From the human T2T-CHM13v2.0 reference genome, Homo sapiens: 64,000 nt of DNA. The first letter of the stretch is position 1. Every line of letters begins with the position of its first letter. A program made the translations under genes and the position numbers. The notes below the pieces were generated by a model. It was not told the DNA's origin. It did not search any database and saw only the letters and a program-made list of their open reading frames with translations. This document shows positions 1-12,700 of this stretch, piece by piece. Location of the stretch: NCBI RefSeq assembly GCF_009914755.1, contig NC_060948.1; one strand, written 5' to 3'.

Positions 1-652
1 AATGGAATCAAACTGAATGGAATCAAATCAATGGAATCAAATCAAATGGAATGGAAAGGAATTGAATGGAGTAGATGGGATTGGATGGGATTGGAATGAA
101 ATGTACTGGAAAGGACTCGAATTTCATGAAACGGAATGGAATGAATTGGAACGGAATGGACTCGAATGGAATGGAATGTCATGGGATGGCATCAAATGTA
201 ATGGCATCAAATGGAATGGAATCGAATGCAATGGAATGCTATGGAATGGAATGGAATGCATTGGAATGGAATGTCCTCTAATGGAATGGATTCGAGTGGA
301 ATGGAATCGAATATAATGGAGTCGAATGAAATGGAATTGAAAGCAATGGGATCGAATACAATGGAATATACTGGAATGTAACGTAATGAACTCGAATGTA
401 ATTGACTGGAATGGAATGTACATGAATGGAATGTAATCGAATGGAAAGTAATCGAATGGAATAGAATCTAATGCAATAAAATCGACTCAGATAGAGTAGA
501 ATGTAATGGAATGGAGTGCAGTGCAATGGAATGGAATGGAATGGAATGCAATGGAATGGAATGGGCTGGAATGGAAAGGAATCGAAACGAATGGAATGGA
601 ATCGAACTGAAGAGACTGGAATGGAATGCACTGGAATGGAAGGGAGTGTAAT

Positions 653-667
653 GGAAGGTTCTCGAAA
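653..667. promoter_or_regulatory. Perfect HSE-consensus motif gGAAggTTCtcGAAa (recurs once per unit)
   Basis: Exact match to nGAAnnTTCnnGAAn. Motif match only; occupancy not shown. Confidence 0.55.
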
Positions 668-1693
668 AAAATGGAATCGAATGGAATGGAATTGAATGGA
701 ACGGAATAGAGTCGAATGGAATTGAATGGAATGGAATGGACTAGAGTGAAATGGAATCGAACCACAAGGAATGGACAGGAATAGAATGGTCTCGAATTGA
801 ATGGAATCGTATGGAATGGCATCAAACGGAATGGAATGGACAGCCACGGAATGGAATGCACTCGAATGCAATGGAGTCGATACTAATGGACTGGAATAGA
901 ATGGACTCGACTGGTACGGACTCCAATGGAATGGAATCGAATGGAAGGGAATCGAACGGAAGGGAATCGAACGGAATGGACTCGAAGGGAAAAGACTGCA
1001 ATGGAAAGGTCTCGAATGGAATGGAAATTAATGGAATGGAATGGAATCGAATGAAATGGAGTCAAAAGGAATCGAATCGAATGGCAAGAAATCGAATGTA
1101 ATGGAATCGCCAGGAATTGATGTGAACGGAACGGAATGGAATGGAATCCAAAGGAATGGAATAGAATGGAATGGAATCGAATGGAAAGGACTCGAATGGA
1201 AATCACTCGAATAGAATGCAATTTAATAAAATAGGATCAAATGTAATGGAATGGAATGGAAAGGAATCGAAACGAAAGGAATGGAGACAGATGGAATGGA
1301 ATGGAACAGAGAGCAATGGTATAGAATGGAATGGAATCATCTGGAATGGAATTGAATGGAATGGAATAATATGAAATGGAATGGAATGGAATGGAATGGA
1401 ATGCCCTTGAATTAAATGGACTGGAATGGAATGGACTCAAACAGAGTGGAATGGAAAGTGTGGAGATAGAATGGAATGAACTCCTTTGGAATGGTGTAGT
1501 ATGCAATGCAATAGACTGGCAGGGAATCAAAAGGAATGTAATCGAATGGATTGGACTGGAATGCAATGGACTCGAATAGATTGGAAACGGAATGCAAAGG
1601 AATGGAATGGAATAGTATGGAATGCAATGGAAGGGAATGGAGTGGAATAGACTAGAGTGGAATGGAATGGACTGGAAAGCAATGGACTGGAAT

Positions 1694-1708
1694 GGAACTT
1701 TCTTGAAT
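1694..1708. promoter_or_regulatory. Perfect HSE-consensus motif gGAActTTCttGAAt (recurs per unit; broken in type A units 2, 4, 6)
   Basis: Exact match to nGAAnnTTCnnGAAn. Motif match only. Confidence 0.55.
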
Positions 1709-2635
1709 GGACTGGAATCAAACGGAATGGAATGCAATGCAATCAAATGGCATGGAATAAAATAGAATGAAAGAGAATCAAATGGAATTGAATCGAATGG
1801 AATCGAATGGATTGGAAAGGAATAGAATGGAATGGAATGGAATTGACTCAAATGGAATGGACTAGAATGGAATGGATTCGAATGGAAGGCAAAGGAATGG
1901 AATCTATTGGAATGGACTGTAATGGAATGCAATGGAAGGGATTGGAATGGACTCGAATGGAATGGACTGCAATAGAAAGGATTCGAATGGAATGAAAAAG
2001 AATTGAATGGAATAGAACAGAATGGAATCAAATCGAATGAAATGGAATGGAATAGAAAGGAATGGAATGAAATGGAATGGAAAGGATTCGAATGGAATGC
2101 AATCGAATGGAATGGAATCGAACGGAATGGAATAAAATGGAAGAAAACTGGCAAGAAATGGAATCGAAATGAATGGAGTGTTATGGAACGGACTCAAAAG
2201 GAATTGAATGTAACAGAATGGAGTGGAGTGGACTCGAATATAATGGACTGGAATGGAATGAAATCACATGGAATGGGAACGAATGGAATGGAATGGAACG
2301 GAATGGAATCGAATGGAAAGGAATCGAATGGAAGGGAATGAAATTGAATCAACAGGAATGGAAGGGAATAGAATAGACTGTAATGGAATGGACTCGAATA
2401 GAATGGACACGAATGCTCAAATTAAATGGACTCGAATGGAATGGAAACGAAAGGAATGTCATCGAATGGAATTGAATCGATTGGAATGAAATCGCATAGA
2501 ATGGAGTGGAATCAAATGGAATTGAATCGAAAGGAAAGGAAGCGAATGGACTGAAATGAAATGGAATGGAATTGAATGGAAAGTAATGCAATGGAATAGA
2601 ATGGAACGAAATTTCACGGAATGGAATCAAACTGA

Positions 2636-5600
2636 ATGGAATCAAATCAATGGAATCAAATCAAATGGAATGGAAAGGAATTGAATGGAGTAGATGGGAT
2701 TGGATGGGATTGGAATGTAATGTACTGGAAAGGACTCGAATTTCATGAAACGGAATGGAATGAATTGGAACGGAATGGACTCGAATGGAATGGAATGTCA
2801 TGGGATGGCATCAAATGTAATGGCATCAAATGGAATGGAATCGAATGCAATGGAATGCTATGGAATGGAATGGAATGCATTGGAATGGAATGTCCTCTAA
2901 TGGAATGGATTCGAGTGGAATGGAATTGAATATAATGGAGTCGAATGAAATGGAATTGAAAGGAATGGGATCGAATACAATGGAATATACTGGAATGTAA
3001 CGTTATGAACTCGAATGTAATTGACTGGAATGGAATGTACATGAATGGAATGTAATCGAATGGAAAGTAATCCAATGGAATAGAATCTAATGCAATAAAA
3101 TCGACTCAGATAGAGTAGAATGTAATGGAATGGAGTGCAGTGCAATGGAATGGAATGGAATGGAATGCAATGGAATGGAATGGAATGGAATGGAATGGAA
3201 TGGAATGGAATGGGATGGAATGGTATGGAATGGATAGTAATGGACTGGAGTGAAATGGACTGGAAAGGAATGGACTCAAATTGAAAGGGCTCGAAAGGAA
3301 TAGAGTCAAATGGAATGGTCTGGAATGGAATGAACACGAATGTAATGCAACCCAATAGAATGGAATCGAATGGCATGGAATATAAAGAAATGGAATCGAA
3401 GAGAATGGAAACAAATGGAATGGAATTGAATGGAATGGAATTGAATGGAATGGGAACGAATGGAGGGAAATTGTATGCAGTAGAAGAGAATAGAATGGAA
3501 TGCAAGCGAAAGGAAAGGAATGGATTGGAATGGAATGGAATTCATTGGAATGGAAGGGAATGTAGTGTAATGGACAGGCCTGGAATAAAGTGGAATGCTA
3601 CGGTCTCGAATGGAATAAAAATACATGGAATGGAATGCAATGAAACGGAATCGAATGTCATAGAATGTAATGGAATGCAAAAAAATGGAATCCAAAATCA
3701 TTGACTGGAAAGTCTGGGAGTCGAAAGGAATTGACTCCAATGGAATGGAATCGAATGGAATGGAAGTGAATAGAATCGAACTAAATCGAATGGAATGGAA
3801 TTGATAGGAACGGAATGGAAAGGAATGCAATGATTTGGCATGGAATGGAATCGAATGGCATCGAATGGAATGGAATGGAATGCAATGGAATGGAATGTAT
3901 TAGAATGTAATGAACTTTAATGGAATGTACTCGAATGGATTCGACTGGAATGGAATGTTCTGGAAGTGAATGGACTCCAATGGAATGGATTCAAAAGGAA
4001 TGGAATCGTACGGAATGGAATCTAATGGAATGGAATTAAATGGAAATGAATCAAATTGAATAGCACGGAATTAAATTGAATGGAATCGAATGCAATGGAA
4101 TCTAATGAAACGGAAAGGAAAGGAATGCAATGGAATGGAATGGGCTGGAATGGAAAGGAATCGAAACGAATGGAATGGAATCGAACTGAAGAGACTGGAA
4201 TGGAATGCACTGGAATGGAAGGGAGTGTAATGGAAGGTTCTCGAAAAAAATGGAATCGAATGGAATGGAATTGAATGGAACGGAATAGAGTCGAATGGAA
4301 TTGAATGGAATGGAATGGACTAGAGTGAAATGGAATCGAACCACAAGGAATGGACAGGAATAGAATGGTCTCGAATTGAATGGAATCGTATGGAATGGCA
4401 TCAAACGGAATGGAATGGACAGCCACGGAATGGAATGCACTCGAATGCAATGGAGTCGAAACTAATGGACTGGAATAGAATGGACTCGACTGGTACGGAC
4501 TCCAATGGAATGGAATCGAATGGAAGGGAATCGAACGGAAGGGAATCGAACGGAATGGACTCGAAGGGAAAAGACTGCAATGGAAAGGTCTCGAATGGAA
4601 TGGAAATTAATGGAATGGAATGGAATCGAATGAAATGGAGTCAAAAGGAATCGAATCGAATGGCAAGAAATCGAATGTAATGGAATCGCCAGGAATTGAT
4701 GTGAACGGAACGGAATGGAATGGAATCCAAAGGAATGGAATAGAATGGAATGGAATCGAATGGAAAGGACTCGAATGGAAATCACTCGAATAGAATGCAA
4801 TTTAATAAAATAGGATCAAATGTAATGGAATGGAATGGAAAGGAATCGAAACGAAAGGAATGGAGACAGATGGAATGGAATGGAACAGAGAGCAATGGTA
4901 TAGAATGGAATGGAATCATCTGGAATGGAATTGAATGGAATGGAATAATATGAAATGGAATGGAATGGAATGGAATGGAATGCCCTTGAATTAAATGGAC
5001 TGGAATGGAATGGACTCAAACAGAGTGGAATGGAAAGTGTGGAGATAGAATGGAATGAACTCCTTTGGAATGGTGTAGTATGCAATGCAATCGACTGGCA
5101 GGGAATCAAAAGGAATGTAATCGAATGGATTGGACTGGAATGCAATGGACTCGAATAGATTGGAAACGGAATGCAAAGGAATGGAATGGAATAGTATGGA
5201 ATGCAATGGAAGGGAATGGAGTGGAATAGACTAGAGTGGAATGGAATGGACTGGAAAGCAATGCACTGGAATGGAACTTTCTTGGATGGACTGGAATCAA
5301 ACGGAATGGAATGCAATGCAATCAAATGGCATGGAATAAAATAGAATGAAAGAGAATCAAATGGAATTGAATCGAATGGATTGGAAAGGAATAGAATGGA
5401 ATGGAATGGAATTGACTCAAATGGAATGGACTAGAATGGAATGGATTCGAATGGAAGGCAAAGGAATGGAATCTATTGGAATGGACTGTAATGGAATGGA
5501 ATGGAAGGGATTGGAATGGACTCGAATGGAATGGACTGCAATAGAAAGGATTCGAATGGAATGAAAAAGAATTGAATGGAATAGAACAGAATGGAATCAA

Positions 5601-6199
5601 ATCGAATGAAATGGAATGGAATAGAAAGGAATGGAATGAAATGCAATGGAAAGGATTCGAATGGAATGCAATCGAATGGAATCGAACGGAATGGAATAAA
5701 ATGGAAGAAAACTGGCAAGAAATGGAATCGAAATGAATGGAGTGTTATGGAACGGACTCAAAAGGAATTGAATGTAACAGAATGGAGTGGAGTGGACTCG
5801 AATATAATGGACTGGAATGGAATGAAATCACATGGAATGGGAACGAATGGAATGGAATGGAAAGGAATGGAATCGAATGGAAAGGAATCGAATGGAAGGG
5901 AATGAAATTGAATCAACAGGAATGGAAGGGAATAGAATAGACTGTAATGGAATGGACTCGAATAGAATGGACACGAATGCTCAAATTAAATGGACTCGAA
6001 TGGAATGGAAACGAAAGGAATGTCATCGAATGGAATTGAATCGATTGGAATGAAATCGCATAGAATGGAGTGGAATCAAATGGAATTGAATCGAAAGGAA
6101 AGGAAGCGAATGGACTGAAATGAAATGGAATGGAATTGAATGGAAAGTAATGCAATGGAATAGAATGGAACGAAATTTCACGGAATGGAATCAAACTGA
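2636..6199 (+). repeat. Unit 2, 3564 bp, left subfamily type A
   Basis: Markers aaaatacatgg, aagtctgggag, cgccagg, cttggatgg; private 10 bp (~5370) and 5 bp (~5675) deletions. Confidence 0.93.
3952..3966. promoter_or_regulatory. Perfect HSE-consensus motif gGAAtgTTCtgGAAg (recurs per complete unit)
   Basis: Exact match to nGAAnnTTCnnGAAn. Motif match only. Confidence 0.55.
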
Positions 6200-9100
6200 A
6201 TGGAATCAAATCAATGGAATCAAATCAAATGGAATGGAAAGGAATTGAATGGAGTAGATGGGATTGGATGGGATTGGAATGAAATGTACTGGAAAGGACT
6301 CGAATTTCATGAAACGGAATGGAATGAATTGGAACGGAATGGACTCGAATGGAATGGAATGTCATGGGATGGCATCAAATGTAATGGCATCAAATGGAAT
6401 GGAATCGAATGCAATGGAATGCTATGGAATGGAATGGAATGCATTGGAATGGAATGTCCTCTAATGGAATGGATTCGAGTGGAATGGAATTGAATATAAT
6501 GGAGTCGAATGAAATGGAATTGAAAGGAATGGGATCGAATACAATGGAATATACTGGAATGTAACGTAATGAACTCGAATGTAATTAACTGGAATGGAAT
6601 GTACATGAATGGAATGTAATCGAATGGAAAGTAATCCAATGGAATAGAATCTAATGCAATAAAATCGACTCAGATAGAGTAGAATGTAATGGAATGGAGT
6701 GCAGTGAAATGGAATGGAATGGAATGGAATGCAATGGAATGGAATGGAATGGAATGGAATGGAATGGAATGGAATGGAATGGAATGGAATGGGATGGAAT
6801 GGTATGGAATGGATAGTAATGGACTGGAGTGAAATGGACTGGAAAGGAATGGACTCAAATTGAAAGGGCTCGAAAGGAATGGAGTCAAATGGAATGGTCT
6901 GGAATGGAATGAACACGAATGTAATGCAACCCAATAGAATGGAATCGAATGGCATGGAATATAAAGAAATGGAATCGAAGAGAATGGAAACAAATGGAAT
7001 GGAATTGAATGGAATGGGAACGAATGGAGTGAAATTGTATGCAGTAGAAGAGAATAGAATGGAATGCAAGCGAAAGGAAAGGAATGGATTGGAATGGAAT
7101 GGAATTCATTGGAATGGAAGGGAATGTAGTGTAATGGACAGGCCTGGAATAAAGTGGAATGCTACGGTCTCGAATGGAATAAAAATGTATGGAATGGAAT
7201 GCAATGAAACGGAATCGAATGTCATAGAATGTAATGGAATGCAAAAAAATGGAATCCAAAATCATTGACTGGAAAGGCTGGGTGTCGAAAGGAATTGACT
7301 CCAATGGAATGGAATCGAATGGAATGGAAGTGAATAGAATCGAACTAAATCGAATGGAATGGAATTGATAGGAACGGAATGGAAAGGAATGCAATGATTT
7401 GCCATGGAATGGAATCGAATGGCATCGAATGGAATGGAATGGAATGCAATGGAATGGAATGTATTAGAATGTAATGAACTTTAATGGAATGTACTCGAAT
7501 GGATTCGACTGGAATGGAAAGTTCTGGAAGTGAATGGACTCCAATGGAATGGATTCAAAAGGAATGGAATCGTACGGAATGGAATCTAATGGAATGGAAT
7601 TAAATGGAAATGAATCAAATTGAATAGCACGGAATTGAATTGAATGGAATCGAATGCAATGGAATCTAATGAAACGGAAAGGAAAGGAATGGAATGGAAT
7701 GGAATGGGCTGGAATGGAAAGGAATCGAAACGAATGGAATGGAATCGAACTGAAGAGACTGGAATGGAATGCACTGGAATGGAAGGGAGTGTAATGGAAG
7801 GTTCTCGAAAAAAATGGAATCGAATGGAATGGAATTGAATGGAACGGAATGGAGTTGAATGGAATTGAATGGAATGGAATGGACTAGAGTGAAATGGAAA
7901 CGAACCACAAGGAATGGACAGGAATAGAATGGTCTCGAATTGAATGGAATCGTATGGAATGGCATCAAACGGAATGGAATGGACAGCCACGGAATGGAAT
8001 GCACTCGAATGCAATGGAGTCGAAACTAACGGACTGGAATAGAATGGACTCGACTGGTACGGACTCCAATGGAATGGAATCGAATGGAAGGGAATCGAAC
8101 GGAAGGGAATCGAACGGAATGGACTCGAAGGGAAAAGACTGCAATGGAAAGGTCTCGAATGGAATGGAAATTAATGGAATGGAATGGAGTCGAATGAAAT
8201 GGAGTCAAAAGGAATGGAATCGAATGGCAAGAAATCGAATGTAATGGAATCGCAAGGAATTGATGTGAACGGAACGGAATGGAATGGAATCCAAAGGAAT
8301 GGAATAGAATGGAATGGAATCGAATGGAAAGGACTCGAATGGAAATCACTCGAATAGAATGCAATTTAATAAAATAGGATCAAATGTAATGGAATGGAAT
8401 GGAAATGAATCGAAACGAAAGGAATGGAGACAGATGGAATGGAATGGAACAGAGAGCAATGGTATAGAATGGAATGGAATCATCTGGAATGGAATTGAAT
8501 GGAATGGAATAATATGAAATGGAATGGAATGGAATGGAATGGAATGCCCTTGAATTAAATGGACTGGAATGGAATGGACTCAAACAGAGTGGAATGGAAA
8601 GTGTGGAGATAGAATGGAATGAACTCCTTTGGAATGGTCTAGTGGGCAATGCAATCGACTGGCAGGGAATCAAAAGGAATGTAATCGAATGGATTGGACT
8701 GGAATGCAATGGACTCGAATAGATTGGAAACGGAATGCAAAGAATGGAATGGAATAGTATGGAATGGAATGGAAAGGAATGGAGTGGAACAGACTATAGT
8801 GGAATGGAATGGACTGGAAAGCAATGGACTGGAATGGAACTTTCTTGAATGGACTGGAATCAAACGGAATGGAATGCAATGCAATCAAATGGCATGGAAT
8901 AAAATAGAATGAAAGAGAATCAAATGGAATTGAATCGAATGGAATCGAATGGATTGGAAAGGAATAGAATGGAATGGAATGGAATTGACTCAAATGGAAT
9001 GGACTAGAATGGAATGGATTCGAATGGAAGGCAAAGGAATGGAATCTATTGGAATGGACTGTAATGGAATGGAATGGAAGGGATTGGAATGGACTCGAAT

Positions 9101-9777
9101 GGAATGGACTGCAATAGAAAGGATTCGAATGGAATGAAAAAGAATTGAATGGAATAGAACAGAATGGAATCAAATCGAATGAAATGGAATGGAATAGAAA
9201 GGAATGGAATGAAATGGAATGGAAAGGATTCGAATGGAATGCAATCGAATGGAATGGAATCGAACGGAATGGAATAAAATGGAAGAAAACTGGCAAGAAA
9301 TGGAATCGAAATGAATGGAGTGTTATGGAACGGACTCAAAAGGAATTGAATGTAATAGAATAGAGTGGAGTGGACTCGAATATAATGGACTGGAATGGAA
9401 TGAAATCACATGGAATGGGAACGAATGGAATGGAATGGAAAGGAATGGAATCGAATGGAAAGGAATCGAATGGAAGGGAATGAAATTGAATCAACAGGAA
9501 TGGAAGGGAATAGAATAGACGGTAATGGAATGGACTCGAATAGAATGGACACGAATGCTCAAATTAAATGGACTCGAATGGAATGGAAACGAAAGGAATG
9601 TCATCGAATGGAATTGAATCGATTGGAATGAAATCGCATAGAATGGAGTGGAATCAAATGGAATTGAATCGAAAGGAAAGGAAGCGAATGGACTGAAATG
9701 AAATGGAATGGAATTGAATGGAAAGTAATGCAATGGAATAGAATGGAACGAAATTTCACGGAATGGAATCAAACTGA
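6200..9777 (+). repeat. Unit 3, 3578 bp, left subfamily type B
   Basis: Markers ttgccatgg, ggaaagttct, ggagttgaat, ggaaacgaacc, agtgggc; 1 bp deletion gcaaagaatgg. Confidence 0.93.
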
Positions 9778-12700
9778 ATGGAATCAAATCAATGGAATCA
9801 AATCAAATGGAATGGAAAGGAATTGAATGGAGTAGATGGGATTGGATGGGATTGGAATGAAATGTACTGGAAAGGACTCGAATTTCATGAAACGGAATGG
9901 AATGAATTGGAACGGAATGGACTCGAATGGAATGGAATGTCATGGGATGGCATCAAATGGAATGGCATCAAATGGAATGGAATCGAATGCAATGGAATGC
10001 TATGGAATGGAATGGAATGCATTGGAATGGAATGTCCTCTAATGGAATGGATTCGAGTGGAATGGAATTGAATATAATGGAGTCGAATGAAATGGAATTG
10101 AAAGGAATGGGATCGAATACAATGGAATATACTGGAATGTAACGTAACGAACTCGAATGTAATTAACTGGAATGGAATGTACATGAATGGAATGTAATCG
10201 AATGGAAAGTAATCCAATGGAATAGAATCTAATGCAATAAAATCGACTCAGATAGAGTAGAATGTAATGGAATGGAGTGCAGTGCAATGGAATGGAATGG
10301 AATGGAATGCAATGGAATGGAATGGAATGGAATGGAATGGAATGGAATGGAATGGGATGGAATGGTATGGAATGGATAGTAATGGACTGGAGTGAAATGG
10401 ACTGGAAAGGAATGGACTCAAATTGAAAGGGCTCGAAAGGAATGGAGTCAAATGGAATGGTCTGGAATGGAATGAACACGAATGTAATGCAACCCAATAG
10501 AATGGAATCGAATGGCATGGAATATAAAGAAATGGAATCGAAGAGAATGGAAACAAATGGAATGGAATTGAATGGAATGGAATTGAATGGAATGGGAACG
10601 AATGGAGTGAAATTGTATGCAGTAGAAGAGAATAGAATGGAATGCAAGCGAAAGGAAAGGAATGGATTGGAATGGAATGGAATTCATTGGAATGGAAGGG
10701 AATGTAGTGTAATGGACAGGCCTGGAATAAAGTGGAATGCTACGGTCTCGAATGGAATAAAAATACATGGAATGGAATGCAATGAAACGGAATCGAATGT
10801 CATAGAATGTAATGGAATGCAAAAAAATGGAATCCAAAATCATTGACTGGAAAGTCTGGGAGTCGAAAGGAATTGACTCCAATGGAATGGAATCGAATGG
10901 AATGGAAGTGAATAGAATCGAACTAAATCGAATGGAATGGAATTGATAGGAACGGAATGGAAAGGAATGCAATGATTTGGCATGGAATGGAATCGAATGG
11001 CATCGAATGGAATGGAATGGAATGCAATGGAATGGAATGTATTAGAATGTAATGAACTTTAATGGAATGTACTCGAATGGATTCGACTGGAATGGAATGT
11101 TCTGGAAGTGAATGGACTCCAATGGAATGGATTCAAAAGGAATGGAATCGTACGGAATGGAATCTAATGGAATGGAATTAAATGGAAATGAATCAAATTG
11201 AATAGCACGGAATTAAATTGAATGGAATCGAATGCAATGGAATCTAATGAAACGGAAAGGAAAGGAATGCAATGGAATGGAATGGGATGGAATGGAAAGG
11301 AATCGAAACGAATGGAATGGAATCGAACTGAAGAGACTGGAATGGAATGCACTGGAATGGAAGGGAGTGTAATGGAAGGTTCTCGAAAAAAATGGAATCG
11401 AATGGAATGGAATTGAATGGAACGGAATAGAGTCGAATGGAATTGAATGGAATGGAATGGACTAGAGTGAAATGGAATCGAACCACAAGGAATGGACAGG
11501 AATAGAATGGTCTCGAATTGAATGGAATCGTATGGAATGGCATCAAACGGAATGGAATGGACAGCCACGGAATGGAATGCACTCGAATGCAATGGAGTCG
11601 AAACTAATGGACTGGAATAGAATGGACTCGACTGGTACGGACTCCAATGGAATGGAATCGAATGGAAGGGAATCGAACGGAAGGGAATCGAACGGAATGG
11701 ACTCGAAGGGAAAAGACTGCAATGGAAAGGTCTCGAATGGAATGGAAATTAATGGAATGGAATGGAATCGAATGAAATGGAGTCAAAAGGAATCGAATCG
11801 AATGGCAAGAAATCGAATGTAATGGAATCGCCAGGAATTGATGTGAACGGAACGGAATGGAATGGAATCCAAAGGAATGGAATAGAATGGAATGGAATCG
11901 AATGGAAAGGACTCGAATGGAAATCACTCGAATAGAATGCAATTTAATAAAATAGGATCAAATGTAATGGAATGGAATGGAAAGGAATCGAAACGAAAGG
12001 AATGGAGACAGATGGAATGGAATGGAACAGAGAGCAATGGTATAGAATGGAATGGAATCATCTGGAATGGAATTGAATGGAATGGAATAATATGAAATGG
12101 AATGGAATGGAATGGAATGGAATGCCCTTGAATTAAATGGACTGGAATGGAATGGACTCAAACAGAGTGGAATGGAAAGTGTGGAGATAGAATGGAATGA
12201 ACTCCTTTGGAATGGTGTAGTATGCAATGCAATAGACTGGCAGGGAATCAAAAGGAATGTAATCGAATGGATTGGACTGGAATGCAATGGACTCGAATAG
12301 ATTGGAAACGGAATGCAAAGGAATGGAATGGATTAGTATGGAATGCAATGGAAGGGAATGGAGTGGAATAGACTAGAGTGGAATGGAATGGACTGGAAAG
12401 CAATGCACTGGAATGGAACTTTCTTGGATGGACTGGAATCAAACGGAATGGAATGCAATGCAATCAAATGGCATGGAATAAAATTGAATGAAAGAGAATC
12501 AAATGGAATTGAATCGAATGGAATCGAATGGATTGGAAAGGAATAGAATGGAATGGAATGGAATTGACTCAAATGGAATGGACTAGAATGGAATGGATTC
12601 GAATGGAAGGCAAAGGAATGGAATCTATTGGAATGGACTGTAATGGAATGGAATGGAAGGGATTGGAATGGACTCGAATGGAATGGACTGCAATAGAAAG

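Larger units (their letters stand above)
17..2635 (+). repeat. Unit 1, 2619 bp, internally deleted by 960 bp
   Basis: Anchor at 17, next at 2636. Lacks the segment containing GAATTC/AGGCCT. Confidence 0.95.

Noticed and set aside
70-95. G-quadruplex potential (gatgggattggatgggattgg)
   Set aside because: Only two GGG runs; not a canonical G4, and one run is lost in the right subfamily.
118-132. Further HSE-like sites (cgaatttcatgaaac; gaaatttcacgga near 2608)
   Set aside because: Only two correctly spaced inverted pentamers, so not a full three-unit HSE.
1225-1230. AATAAA polyadenylation signals (several per unit)
   Set aside because: They arise trivially from xxAAT-AAAAT pentamer variants; no downstream GU-rich element or transcript evidence in the sequence.
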